A DNA stretch of 64,000 nucleotides from Candidatus Hecatella orcuttiae (lineage in GTDB: Archaea; Thermoproteota; Bathyarchaeia; Hecatellales; Hecatellaceae): positions 128,001 to 192,000 of the forward strand of contig MTLY02000003.1 in the NCBI GenBank assembly GCA_002011035.2, read 5' to 3'. Position 1 is the stretch's first letter, and each line of letters starts with the position of its first letter. The position numbers and the translations under genes were made by a program. Under the pieces are notes generated by a model. It made no database searches. It was not told the DNA's origin and worked only from the letters and a program-made list of their open reading frames with translations. This document shows, piece after piece, positions 55,647 through 64,000 of the stretch.

Positions 55647-56531
55647 TTGAGCTTGAAGGCTGTGTTGAAGGTTAAAGAGCGGAAGAAGGCGGAGGTAGAG
55701 GCCCTGACTAAACTCCTCAAAGAGTACAAGGTGGTGTCGCTCAGCAACCTCCACAAAGTCCGAGCAGCCCAAATCCAGAAGCTGAGAAAAATGTTTCGAG
55801 GAGAGGTCATCTTCAAATGCGCTAAGAACACTTTGCTGAGGAGAAGTCTTCGAGAGGTTTCCAAGGAAAAGCCCGGGCTGAACGGTTTGGAAAAATATCT
55901 AGGAGGATCCACTCTTCTCATTCTGACAAACCTAGACCCCTTCAAACTTTCCATCATGCTGGATAAGAATAAAGTAAAGCTGCCGGCTAAGGTCGGAGAC
56001 ATAGCTCCCTCTGATATCGTCATCCCTGAGGGAAGCACAGGTCTTCCCCCGGGGCCCATCATCAGCGAGCTCACGGAGCTGGGATTACCCACCAAGATTG
56101 AGGGGGGAAGCATCTGGGTGACCAGGGACACGACGCTGGTGAGGAAGGGCGAAGTCATATCCGCCCAGGTGGCCAGCCTCCTGAGTAGGCTGGGAATCAA
56201 GCCCATCGAAGCCAAGCTCAGCCTGACCGCGGCCTACGAAGACGGCTTAGTTCACCCCCCGGAACTCCTCCAAATAGACCTTCAAGCCTTTAAAGAAGAG
56301 TTGCAGAAGGCCGTGGACTCCGCTCGAAATCTGGCGGTTAACGCAGGTTACCCCACCCCAGAGACGGTGCAGATTCTCTTAACCAAGGCGGCTCTGGAAG
56401 GGCGAAGCTTATCCATCGCCGCCAAGGTCTTCGACAAGGAGACGCTGCCCATCCTCTTGGCTGAAGGCAGCCGCGAGGCGAGCAGTCTGCTGGGCAAGTT
56501 GAAGGAGATCGACGCCTCGCTGGCTTCCTAG
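55647..56531 (+). CDS. rpl10: 50S ribosomal protein uL10 (P0)
   Basis: QIQKLRK, KNTLL, TGLPPGP, LGIKP, NLAVNAGYPT. Confidence 0.95.
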   Translation: MSLKAVLKVKERKKAEVEALTKLLKEYKVVSLSNLHKVRAAQIQKLRKMFRGEVIFKCAKNTLLRRSLREVSKEKPGLNGLEKYLGGSTLLILTNLDPFKLSIMLDKNKVKLPAKVGDIAPSDIVIPEGSTGLPPGPIISELTELGLPTKIEGGSIWVTRDTTLVRKGEVISAQVASLLSRLGIKPIEAKLSLTAAYEDGLVHPPELLQIDLQAFKEELQKAVDSARNLAVNAGYPTPETVQILLTKAALEGRSLSIAAKVFDKETLPILLAEGSREASSLLGKLKEIDASLAS

Positions 56532-56610
56532 CTGGCGGGGGGCTGAAAGGTTGGGAATATATTTATAAGGATGAGGCTTGATTGAGCATACACTCAAGAG
56601 GTGAGTTCCT

Positions 56611-56931
56611 GTGACTGTCTCCTCTGCCTACGTTCACGCGGCTTTGCTACTCCACTACGCCAACCAAGGCATTAACGTGGACAACCTCAAGAAGGTCTTG
56701 GAGGCTGCGGGTATCCCCCCAGACGAGTCTAGAATTAAAGCCCTAGCCGCCGCCATATCTGAGGTCAACGTGGAAGAAGCCCTTAAAGCCGCACCAGTAG
56801 GCTTCGCGCCCCAAGCGCCAACTGCGCCCGCCACGCCTGCGGAAGCCAAGAAGGAAGAGAAGAAGGAGAAAGAAAAAGAGGAAAAGAAGGAAGACGAGGC
56901 GCTGGCAGGACTGGGCGCCCTCTTCGGCTAG
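56611..56931 (+). CDS. rpl12: Ribosomal stalk protein P1 (aL12)
   Basis: YVHAALLLH, Ala/Pro hinge, C-terminal GLGALFG. Confidence 0.96.
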   Translation: MTVSSAYVHAALLLHYANQGINVDNLKKVLEAAGIPPDESRIKALAAAISEVNVEEALKAAPVGFAPQAPTAPATPAEAKKEEKKEKEKEEKKEDEALAGLGALFG

Positions 56932-57032
56932 CCTCCGCCTACCTTTCTCAGCTTCCTCCCCATGCTTCTCCTTTCCCCTAGCGAGCTTTGGTCTAAATAG
57001 TTCTTCCACCCAAGTTTCTTAGAGGCGAAACC

Positions 57033-57827
57033 TTGGGAAAGCTCACGTTCATAGGTTTAGGTCTCCACGACGAGAAAAGCTTGTCTCTGCTGGGGCTGGA
57101 GAAGGCTAAAGCAGCTGACAGAGTTTACGCTGAATTCTACACCAACCTCATGCCTAAACTTTCCATCAAAGCCTTGGAAAACCTCCTAGCCAAACCCGTC
57201 ACCGTCCTTTCCAGAGGAGACTTAGAAGAGCGGGCTGAGGAAGGAATCCTCAGGCAGGCGTCAGAGGGAGAAGTTGCCCTGCTGGTGCCGGGAGACCCCT
57301 TGGTGGCTACCACGCACATTGACCTCCGGCTTCGCGCCGAAAGGGCAGGCATTGAAACCGAGGTTTTAAACGGGGTCTCCATCTACTCAGCCGCCCCCGC
57401 CGCGGCGGGGCTTCAAGTCTATAAGTTCGGGAAGACGGTGACCGTTCCCTTTCCAACTCCCTTCTACAAGCCTGAAACCCCCTATGAAGTGGTTGTGGAG
57501 AACAGCCGCCGAGGTCTTCACACGCTAGTACTTTTGGATGTGGACAGCGAGAAAGGGCGGTGTATGACGGTTAGGGAGGGCTTGGAGTATCTTTTAGAGG
57601 TGGAGGAGAAAAGAAAAGAAGGGGCAGTGACCCCGCGTCGGCTGGCCGTGGGACTAGCAGGCCTAGGCTCCCTGAAGCCTGAAGTCAAGGGAAACCGAGT
57701 GGAAAGACTGCTGGAAACAGTCTTTGAGGAGCTTCCCCAGTGCATCATCTTCCCGGGGAAGCTTCACTTCATGGAAGCTGAAGCCTTGAAAGTTTTTGCC
57801 GGCACTCCGGAGGAGGCTTTCCGGTGA
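57033..57827 (+). CDS. dph5: Diphthine synthase
   Basis: FIGLGL, EFYT, GDPLVATTH, GLQVYKFGKTVT, GLHTLVLLD, LHFMEAEAL. Confidence 0.95.
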   Translation: MGKLTFIGLGLHDEKSLSLLGLEKAKAADRVYAEFYTNLMPKLSIKALENLLAKPVTVLSRGDLEERAEEGILRQASEGEVALLVPGDPLVATTHIDLRLRAERAGIETEVLNGVSIYSAAPAAAGLQVYKFGKTVTVPFPTPFYKPETPYEVVVENSRRGLHTLVLLDVDSEKGRCMTVREGLEYLLEVEEKRKEGAVTPRRLAVGLAGLGSLKPEVKGNRVERLLETVFEELPQCIIFPGKLHFMEAEALKVFAGTPEEAFR

Positions 57828-58105
57828 GCGCGTCGCGGAAGCTGGAGGAAATGTACCGGAGATATAGAGAGAACCTCAGCCAAGCTCTTTCAGGGTTGAA
57901 GCTTCAGGCAGCCGGGGAGGAGGCTTCAAGGGTAAGGGAAATAGTCGAGTTGGCTGAAAGCTACCGGCGGGACGCGGAGCACTTCCAGAACACCGGGCGG
58001 CCTGTCACCGCTCTGATATCTCTAGCCTACGGGGAAGGCCTGCTGGACGCCCTTAGACTTTTAAGGCTCGTTCACTTCACATGGAAGAGGAGTGGAGCGG
58101 GCTGA
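57824..58105 (+). CDS. DUF357 family protein
   Basis: AESYRRDAEHF...ALISLAYGEGLLDALRLL; commonly adjacent to dph5. Confidence 0.85.
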   Translation: MSASRKLEEMYRRYRENLSQALSGLKLQAAGEEASRVREIVELAESYRRDAEHFQNTGRPVTALISLAYGEGLLDALRLLRLVHFTWKRSGAG

Positions 58106-58602
58106 GGAAGCGGCTGGACAACGGGCGGAAAAGGGTGCTGGCTTCCGGGGTCTTCGACCTCCTCCATCTTGGGCATGCGCGTTTTCTTCAGAAGGCCAAG
58201 GAGGTCGGGGGAAAGGACTCGGAGCTTTTGGTCGTGGTAGCCCGGGATAGCACCGTCAAGAAGTTGAAGGGAAGCCCTCCCGTTCTCCCGGAAAAGGAAA
58301 GGAGAGCCTTGGTGGAGATGCTTAAACCCGTGGACAAGGTGGTATTGGGAAGCAGGAAACTGGTGGACATAGAGGGAATCATCCGAAAACATAAGCCCGA
58401 CATCATTGCGTTGGGCTACGACCAAGACCAGATTGAGGCTGAGGTTAAACGCGTCGTCGCCGCGAAGGCCTTCCCCATTCAGGTGGTCAGAATTCAAAGG
58501 TTCGGCTCCGAAGGCTTCAACAGCTCCTCGAAGATCAAGGAACTCGTTGCAGCCTTAAAAAAAGCTGAGAAAAAGAAGGCTAAACCGCTAAGGACGGGTT
58601 AA
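58081..58602 (+). CDS. ribL: Archaeal FAD synthase (cytidylyltransferase family)
   Basis: ASGVFDLLHLGH, VVVARD, KPDIIALGYDQ, SSSKI. Confidence 0.82.
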   Translation: MEEEWSGLRKRLDNGRKRVLASGVFDLLHLGHARFLQKAKEVGGKDSELLVVVARDSTVKKLKGSPPVLPEKERRALVEMLKPVDKVVLGSRKLVDIEGIIRKHKPDIIALGYDQDQIEAEVKRVVAAKAFPIQVVRIQRFGSEGFNSSSKIKELVAALKKAEKKKAKPLRTG

Positions 58603-58618
58603 GCTCGCCGCGGTGGGA

Positions 58619-59575
58619 CTAGAATTTTAAGGCCGAGTCAGCCAGCTGGCGGGCGTCAAGGCTTTCTTGAGCCGGATTCAACACTAGAAAGGCCCCCTGC
58701 GGGTTGAAGTAAGGCGGCCCCTTCCTAGAGAAAAGGGTTAAAACTTTCCCCCTATGGGAGGCCATGACCCCTTCAGGGCAAGGTTGATGGCCTCGGATGA
58801 GAACCTTGGCCCCAGCCAGCGCCAGCACTCGAGCTGTCACGTCTTCGCCAAACAGTCTCCCCGCCCCGCGGGGGGAAGGATAGACTCCTGCGATGTCGTC
58901 TTCAGGGTCGCTCCAGAGAATTTCCTCCAAATGGCTTGTGGAGGGGTGGGTCTGATGGGCGTAGGCTAAGTCTTTTAGAGTTGAAGCCTGACTGGGTGCC
59001 CCTCCGTGGAGCAGCAGATAGGCTCCCTCCACCAAGACAGCTTGATGCAATCCCTGGAAAAGCCTCACTAAGCTCAAGTAGAGGTCTCTTCCCGCGGAGC
59101 CGAATTTTCTCTGAAAGTCGGAGGGTAGGTCATGGGGCATCCCCAAAAGGTCTGGGGGGGCTTCGTGGTTTCCTCGGAGAAGAATCACCCTTTCAGGGTG
59201 GTCCCGCTTCAGCCTGAGCACCAAACTGTAGACTTCAGGAGAGTAGGGCCCTCTGTCCCCATAGTCTCCTAAAAAAATCAGCTTCACATCCTCCCCAGCC
59301 GCTGTCCGCTCTAAAAACCTGCTTTTTCGAAGGATGTGGATGAGGCTCTCTAGGTCTCCGTGAAGGTCTCCCACGACCACGATTTTCCCTTTGCGCGGGA
59401 GGACGACTAGGCCTCCGGTGATTTTCATCTCCTCCCTGTAGCCCCCTTGGCTTCGCTCCGCCTTCAGCAAGGCTTCAACTTCCCCCATCAGCTGGGCCAT
59501 TTTGTCGGAGGAAATTCTGAAAGCCTCCTCGGCCCAGTGTTCAGCCAAATGCAATGCAGAGCCTCCGAACTGCAC
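58619..59575 (-). CDS. PPP-family (calcineurin-like) metallophosphoesterase / Ser-Thr protein phosphatase
   Basis: GDLHG, GDYGDRG, LRGNHE, HGG, LWSDP, RGAG..FG, IRGHQ, TLFS. Confidence 0.88.
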   Translation of the reverse strand: MQFGGSALHLAEHWAEEAFRISSDKMAQLMGEVEALLKAERSQGGYREEMKITGGLVVLPRKGKIVVVGDLHGDLESLIHILRKSRFLERTAAGEDVKLIFLGDYGDRGPYSPEVYSLVLRLKRDHPERVILLRGNHEAPPDLLGMPHDLPSDFQRKFGSAGRDLYLSLVRLFQGLHQAVLVEGAYLLLHGGAPSQASTLKDLAYAHQTHPSTSHLEEILWSDPEDDIAGVYPSPRGAGRLFGEDVTARVLALAGAKVLIRGHQPCPEGVMASHRGKVLTLFSRKGPPYFNPQGAFLVLNPAQESLDARQLADSALKF

Positions 59576-59578
59576 AGC

Positions 59579-59971
59579 CTACTTTTCCCTGATTTTTTCG
59601 ATGTACATGAGGGAGAAGTCCAGCTGGGGGAGGTACTCCATTTTCAGCGTGGCTTCAGCCTTGCCGTAGTGGGTTTTGACTTCAACCTTCAGATGCCTCC
59701 CTTGGAGGGCTGTGTAACTGTACGGGTCTCCTCGTCGGCGTTTCTTCAGCAGTTTGGGGTCTAGACGCACCTTCACTGCGGCTCGGTAAGGTTGGAGGAG
59801 GAAAGCTTTCTCCGCAGCCTTTTCCACAGCTTTAATCACATCCCTATCGCGGGTTATGGGTGTTCCCACAAGCTGGTGAACCAAGGCGCCTAGCGCTATG
59901 CCTCCTTCGAAGACGGCTCTCTCCCTGTCGGTGACCGAGGGATCAAAATATTTTTGGGCTTTATCCTTCAT
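59579..59971 (-). CDS. mptD: Archaeal dihydroneopterin aldolase (DUF381)
   Basis: TDRERAVFEGGIALGALVHQLVGTP, QPY, Y..L, LMY. Confidence 0.88.
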   Translation of the reverse strand: MKDKAQKYFDPSVTDRERAVFEGGIALGALVHQLVGTPITRDRDVIKAVEKAAEKAFLLQPYRAAVKVRLDPKLLKKRRRGDPYSYTALQGRHLKVEVKTHYGKAEATLKMEYLPQLDFSLMYIEKIREK

Positions 59972-60038
59972 GTTCCGCGTGGAAATCACCTTTCCAAATT
60001 TTTTATAGGTGTAGGAGCCGCGGGGAGATAACAGCCGC

Positions 60039-61004
60039 TTAGCCTTTGGAGGAAGCCTTGGAGGTCTTCCCTTTTAGGCCTAATTCTTTTCGAATGTCCC
60101 CTAGCGTTATAGCCCGGTGGGCTACAAAGTCATGCTTGTGGATGCTTTCTTCGCTCCGTAGCTTAAAAACCACCATCACACTGTCAGGAAGCTCTCTGAA
60201 GGTTTCGGCGAAATGCTTCATCATAAGTCTGATACTGTCCTCAGCGAAGAGGGGGTTTCCTATGGCCTTCATAACCAACTCCGCTTCGTCTTTCCTCTTG
60301 AGCAGCCCGTAGCTGGAGGCGCTCATGGATTTCTCCACCACGTCCACCAAACTCAAGGCGTCCATCTCGTAGCCGCTGGGAACCTCCGTGTTGACGATGC
60401 CGAGGCTCCGCTGCATGTGGGTGGGCAGAGGGATGTCCTTCAGTATCCAGCGGAAACCCTTGGGGGAGAAGCGATTTCTCACCATCTTCCGTCTTACATT
60501 TTCCGCCAAAATCTCCTGGGCGCAGGGGCAGGCGGTTACGCCTTTCACTCCTACTCCCACCCTTCTTTCCAAGGTCACAGAGCCGTCGGGGGCTTTGAAA
60601 GCTGTTGCGGAAGCCGTGAGGGTGCAGGGCTCGTAGCTGAGCTTCCCAGTTTTAGGAGTGGTCTTCCCTATGACGGCTTCCCCTCGAGCCTTCACCCGGG
60701 CCCTTGAGATGGATTTGTGTCTTCGAAAAAGCTCTAGGGCTATGTTCCCGCAGATATTTTCCAGCTTGTAGGTTCTCCCGGAGAACTTCTCCAAGACCTC
60801 TGATATTATCTCGTAGTGGCGGGAGGCGTGGATGCCCTTCTGGTGGGCGGGGAGGTCGACGAAGACGTCAAAGCTGGGTACCACCACCACTGGTTTTTTG
60901 TTGTAATAGGCAAAACCCACGGGCATCTTCACCCCCACCACCCCCACCTCTTTCAAGGGGATGGAGAGGGGCGGTGCTTTATCTTGGATTTCCCGTCGGC
61001 TCAA
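60039..61004 (-). CDS. mptA: GTP cyclohydrolase IV (FolE2 family)
   Basis: VDLPAHQKGIHASR, TACPCA, THMQR, LLKRKDE, NPLFAED, EESIHKHD. Confidence 0.92.
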   Translation of the reverse strand: MSRREIQDKAPPLSIPLKEVGVVGVKMPVGFAYYNKKPVVVVPSFDVFVDLPAHQKGIHASRHYEIISEVLEKFSGRTYKLENICGNIALELFRRHKSISRARVKARGEAVIGKTTPKTGKLSYEPCTLTASATAFKAPDGSVTLERRVGVGVKGVTACPCAQEILAENVRRKMVRNRFSPKGFRWILKDIPLPTHMQRSLGIVNTEVPSGYEMDALSLVDVVEKSMSASSYGLLKRKDEAELVMKAIGNPLFAEDSIRLMMKHFAETFRELPDSVMVVFKLRSEESIHKHDFVAHRAITLGDIRKELGLKGKTSKASSKG

Positions 61005-61090
61005 AGTCTTGTCAACCCGAATTTCCTCGGCTCCCTTTAAATTAAAGGAAAGCTGCGGACATTATTAGCCTAACAGGGTTAGTTAAATCT

Positions 61091-62692
61091 TTAGCCGCAG
61101 CCTTCCCACTCGAAGATTTCTCCGTCTTGAAGATAGCTTCTCCCCGTCTTCAAGGCTATCTTAGCCTTCTGAAGCTCGCAGCCCAAGTAGGCTGCGTGAT
61201 CAAGGAGAGAAAGCAAACCTGCCTTCACCGCAGCCCTGTAAATCTGCCAAGGCTCCCTCCCCCGGATGGACGTGTCTGGTTTAGTTGCCCCGGGTTGAAA
61301 GTGAAGGGCCACCAGCTCCCCCCTCGTCCGATCCACTCTCAGCTTGAAGCAGCCTTGGGGGTCACGAGCCACCTTCGCCTCCGAGGGAACCCTCAACATG
61401 GCAGCGCCCTGTTCCTCTTGGTGGTTGAGGGGTTCCTCTCTCCGCCTTTTCTCCTTCAGCCTGAGCAAGCTGAGCCCTAGGTCTTTTGGAGGAGAGCCTC
61501 TCCTCCGGGCTAGGGCCACCATGCGAAGAGCGGTGGAGAGCTCTTGAACAGCGCCCCATGTTTTGTCGCTGGCTTGGGTTGTGAACATGAAGCTTACACC
61601 CAGCTCCCAGCCGAGGAGGGCTAGGAGAAAGTTTAACCCTCCGGAATCCGCGTCCACCAGCTCAGTGACGTTGCCGGCTCCGAAGAAGCTGGGAACTCCC
61701 GGGTTCCTCCGCCCGAACTCTACGTAAGCCAGCAGGGAATCTAAGAAGCTGAAAGGTGGATGTAAGCCTAGGATAGGGTCGGCGACGACTTTTTTAAACC
61801 CTAAAGCCTTCGCCTTCCGCAGGTTAGCCTCCAGTCTCCGAATTCTTTCCCCGTAATGGGGAGCCACGCGGCCTCTCTCATCAGCAGGAGTCACCACCAC
61901 CGGTAAGTCTCGGGCGAAGGAGGTAGCTTCCCCCATGTTCGTCTCGTTGAGGCTTAGGACCATGGTAGCTCCCGCCTCCACCCCGGCTCTAAGCTCGTCG
62001 ATGTCGTTGGAGTCGATGCTGACAGGCTTGGCAACGGCTTTCACGGCTGCCTTCACCGCCCTTCGAGCCTCCTCCACCCGGCCGCCTCCCGCCTCCATGC
62101 CTACGTCCACGATGTCAGCTCCGCTTTCCACATAATACCGAGCCCAACGCGCAACCGCCTCCTTTGGAAGGGCTGAAGCGTTCACGATTTCAGCCACCAA
62201 GAGGGGAGGACCCCCAAGGTAGGTGCCCACTTTTCCCCTCCCTACACCTACGGTGACGCTGCCTTCTCTCCGAGCCAGCCGCCGGGTTTCCATCCGGAGG
62301 GAGGCCAACTCCTCCGCAGCCTTCTTAGCCACCGCCTCCTGGGCCAACTCGCAGGCAGGTTGGGAAGTGGATAAGGGGAGTTTTCCCAAACTGTCTAGGA
62401 TGAGGGGTAAGTCCGCTGCGTGCTTAGGGCCCTTGTAGGTGGGGATGCCTGTAGCCTTCCAGACCGGGGCGGTGTCGCCTTCCATCATTCCCGGGAGCAG
62501 TATGATGTCGAAGCCTTCCCAGTTTTTTTCAGCTAGCTTTCGAGCTACATAGCGGGGAGATAAAAGAGCCGCTACCTGCATGGGGAGGGATAGAACTTCA
62601 GCCTCAACCTTGCTTCGGCGGACGTACTCCTCCACCGAAGTCTTGGCTAAGGTTCCCGTTACCACCAGAACCTTCAACTTCGGCACCTTCAA
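61091..62692 (-). CDS. Dihydropteroate-synthase-like protein with C-terminal DUF4346-type domain
   Basis: VTGTLA, VAALL, KGPKHAADL, GADIVDVG, SIDS, ADPIL, GNVTELVDADS, PPKDLG, HAAYLGCEL..A. Confidence 0.88.
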   Translation of the reverse strand: MKVPKLKVLVVTGTLAKTSVEEYVRRSKVEAEVLSLPMQVAALLSPRYVARKLAEKNWEGFDIILLPGMMEGDTAPVWKATGIPTYKGPKHAADLPLILDSLGKLPLSTSQPACELAQEAVAKKAAEELASLRMETRRLARREGSVTVGVGRGKVGTYLGGPPLLVAEIVNASALPKEAVARWARYYVESGADIVDVGMEAGGGRVEEARRAVKAAVKAVAKPVSIDSNDIDELRAGVEAGATMVLSLNETNMGEATSFARDLPVVVTPADERGRVAPHYGERIRRLEANLRKAKALGFKKVVADPILGLHPPFSFLDSLLAYVEFGRRNPGVPSFFGAGNVTELVDADSGGLNFLLALLGWELGVSFMFTTQASDKTWGAVQELSTALRMVALARRRGSPPKDLGLSLLRLKEKRRREEPLNHQEEQGAAMLRVPSEAKVARDPQGCFKLRVDRTRGELVALHFQPGATKPDTSIRGREPWQIYRAAVKAGLLSLLDHAAYLGCELQKAKIALKTGRSYLQDGEIFEWEGCG

Positions 62693-62814
62693 GGTCTAGA
62701 CGACCTAACTAAAAAAGCATGACTGCGGAAAGGTTAACCCAGCTTCTTGCCATAAGTAATAAGAGAGACGGCTTCCTATAAAATAAGGGGCCCCGCTTCT
62801 CCGGAAGATGAACC

Positions 62815-63243
62815 ATGTTTGTCCCCTGCGAGCTTGCCGTGAAATCAATCCTGCCGGCCTTCCGCGCCTTGGTGGCGGAGAAACTCGTCGGCGTCTACGG
62901 GCTGAAGCAAGGGGAAGCAGCCCGGCTTTTGGGCATCACCCAGTCCGCTGTCAGCCGCTATGTTAAAAACGAAAGAGGCAGCGTTCTTAAATCCAAAATC
63001 TCGCGGCTGGAAGAGGTTAATACCTTGATGGAAGAAGTGGCGGAAAAACTCATCGACGGTAAGACAGACCTCCACGAGATAAGCCGCCTATTCTGCCGGG
63101 GCTGTCAGAGGGTGAGGACTATGGGGTTGCTGTGCGAAAACTGTAAGAGGTTTAACCCTCAACTTGACGAGAACTGCGACCTCTGCACTTGGCACAAGAC
63201 TCGTGGGGGCTCAGAGACTGTGGAAGGCTGTTTCCCGCTCTGA
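62815..63243 (+). CDS. HTH transcriptional regulator with Cys-rich C-terminus
   Basis: PCE....LPAFRALVA, QGEAARLLGITQSAVSRY, CRGC, CENC, CDLC. Confidence 0.85.
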   Translation: MFVPCELAVKSILPAFRALVAEKLVGVYGLKQGEAARLLGITQSAVSRYVKNERGSVLKSKISRLEEVNTLMEEVAEKLIDGKTDLHEISRLFCRGCQRVRTMGLLCENCKRFNPQLDENCDLCTWHKTRGGSETVEGCFPL

Positions 63244-63387
63244 AACTTCCAGGCCCTAAACCTGTTACCTTCCTCGTCATGTTTCAGCCGATGCATTTTG
63301 GGCTGTAAACAGAATGGAAAATCGACGGGGGAATGCTGGAAAAAGTACTTATGAGTTCCCAGCCATAATTCTGCCGGTGTGAAAAAA

Positions 63388-64000
63388 ATGGGAATCCTGA
63401 AGGTAGCTTTGCCCAAAGGTCATCTTTGGAGCGGAGTGAAAAGCCTCCTCGACCGAGCGGGATACGGGTTGCGGGTGGAGAGCGAACGCTCCTACTCAGT
63501 GAACTCCAACGACCCCGAGCTTGAACTCCGAATCCACCGGGCTCAGAACATCAGTCCCCTAGTTGAGGAGGGAAAGTACGACCTAGGCATCACAGGACTG
63601 GACTGGGTGGTGGAGCACAGGGCGGATGTAGAGGAGCTGGCCGACTTGGAGTTTGGGAGAGTAAACGTGGTCGCTGCTGTGCCCCAACACTACGGCCTTG
63701 AAGAGTCTTCCGAGGGGGAGAAAGTGTTCGAAAGATTCGTGGCGAAGCTGCGGAGGGAGGGAAAAGAAAAGATCATCGTTGCCTCCGAATACGAGAACAT
63801 CACCCGAAGCCTGTGTGAGGAGAAGATGGGCTCCGTCCCATACAAGTTCATCCGCTCCTACGGGGCTACGGAAACCTTCATCGGAGTCGCCGATCTCATC
63901 GTTGACTGCACCGAGACAGGGACTACCCTCAGGGACAACGGCTGGCAGATCATCCACAGGCTTTTCACCTCCACCGCCCGGCTGATCGCTAACAGGCAAA
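63388..64000 (+). CDS. hisG: ATP phosphoribosyltransferase (3' truncated by window edge; absent from the ORF track)
   Basis: Translated by hand: MGILKVALPKG..., RAQNI, DLGITGLDW, LEFG, ASEY, SYGATE, DLIVDCTETGTTLRDNG. Confidence 0.93.
   Translation, partial: MGILKVALPKGHLWSGVKSLLDRAGYGLRVESERSYSVNSNDPELELRIHRAQNISPLVEEGKYDLGITGLDWVVEHRADVEELADLEFGRVNVVAAVPQHYGLEESSEGEKVFERFVAKLRREGKEKIIVASEYENITRSLCEEKMGSVPYKFIRSYGATETFIGVADLIVDCTETGTTLRDNGWQIIHRLFTSTARLIANRQ

Noticed and set aside
55364-56215. 283-aa antisense ORF and the many other overlapping shadow ORFs
   Set aside because: Opposite well-conserved genes (rpl1/rpl10); expected from codon bias, with no motifs
1-64000. CRISPR arrays, IS elements, integrases, proviral genes, rRNA
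   Set aside because: No regularly spaced repeats, transposase/integrase motifs or rRNA-like sequence seen by eye
1-64000. Genome-wide TAG or TGA recoding (Pyl/Sec)
   Set aside because: TAG and TGA end many conserved genes at their expected C-termini (purM, rpl12, hsp20, ino1, hxlB)

Overview
Gene-dense archaeal core-chromosome segment. The lineage is inferred as TACK, most likely Bathyarchaeia-like. Support for this: archaeal r-proteins LX/L11/L1/P0/P1/S2, aEF-2, prefoldin, Pcc1, Brix, short XPF, dtdA-secE-spt5 without ftsZ, frequent TTG starts, and methanofuran/methanopterin genes with no mcr/mtr genes in the window. About 73 CDS and one intron-containing tRNA-Thr(CGT) are supported. Main blocks: (i) C1-cofactor biosynthesis and formaldehyde handling (mfnB, mfnD/F/E, mptG, mptA, mptD, DHPS-like, fae-hps, hxlB); (ii) only the membrane sector of an A/V-type ATPase (elongated I, small 2-TM protein, C, K); (iii) a proteostasis cluster (grpE without dnaK/dnaJ, ChlI-like AAA+ with a VWA partner, PAC2, Hsp20); (iv) translation and secretion operons; (v) ino1, an ADP-dependent sugar kinase, a two-subunit AOR-family enzyme and a short bacterioferritin. 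No CRISPR array, transposase, integrase or prophage was seen. The best leads are pathway-hole candidates inside the pterin operons, an EF-2 with HTG in place of the HRG diphthamide motif, and a DUF2119 gene whose conserved N-terminus has no clean start codon. All product calls come from motif recognition, not database searches.
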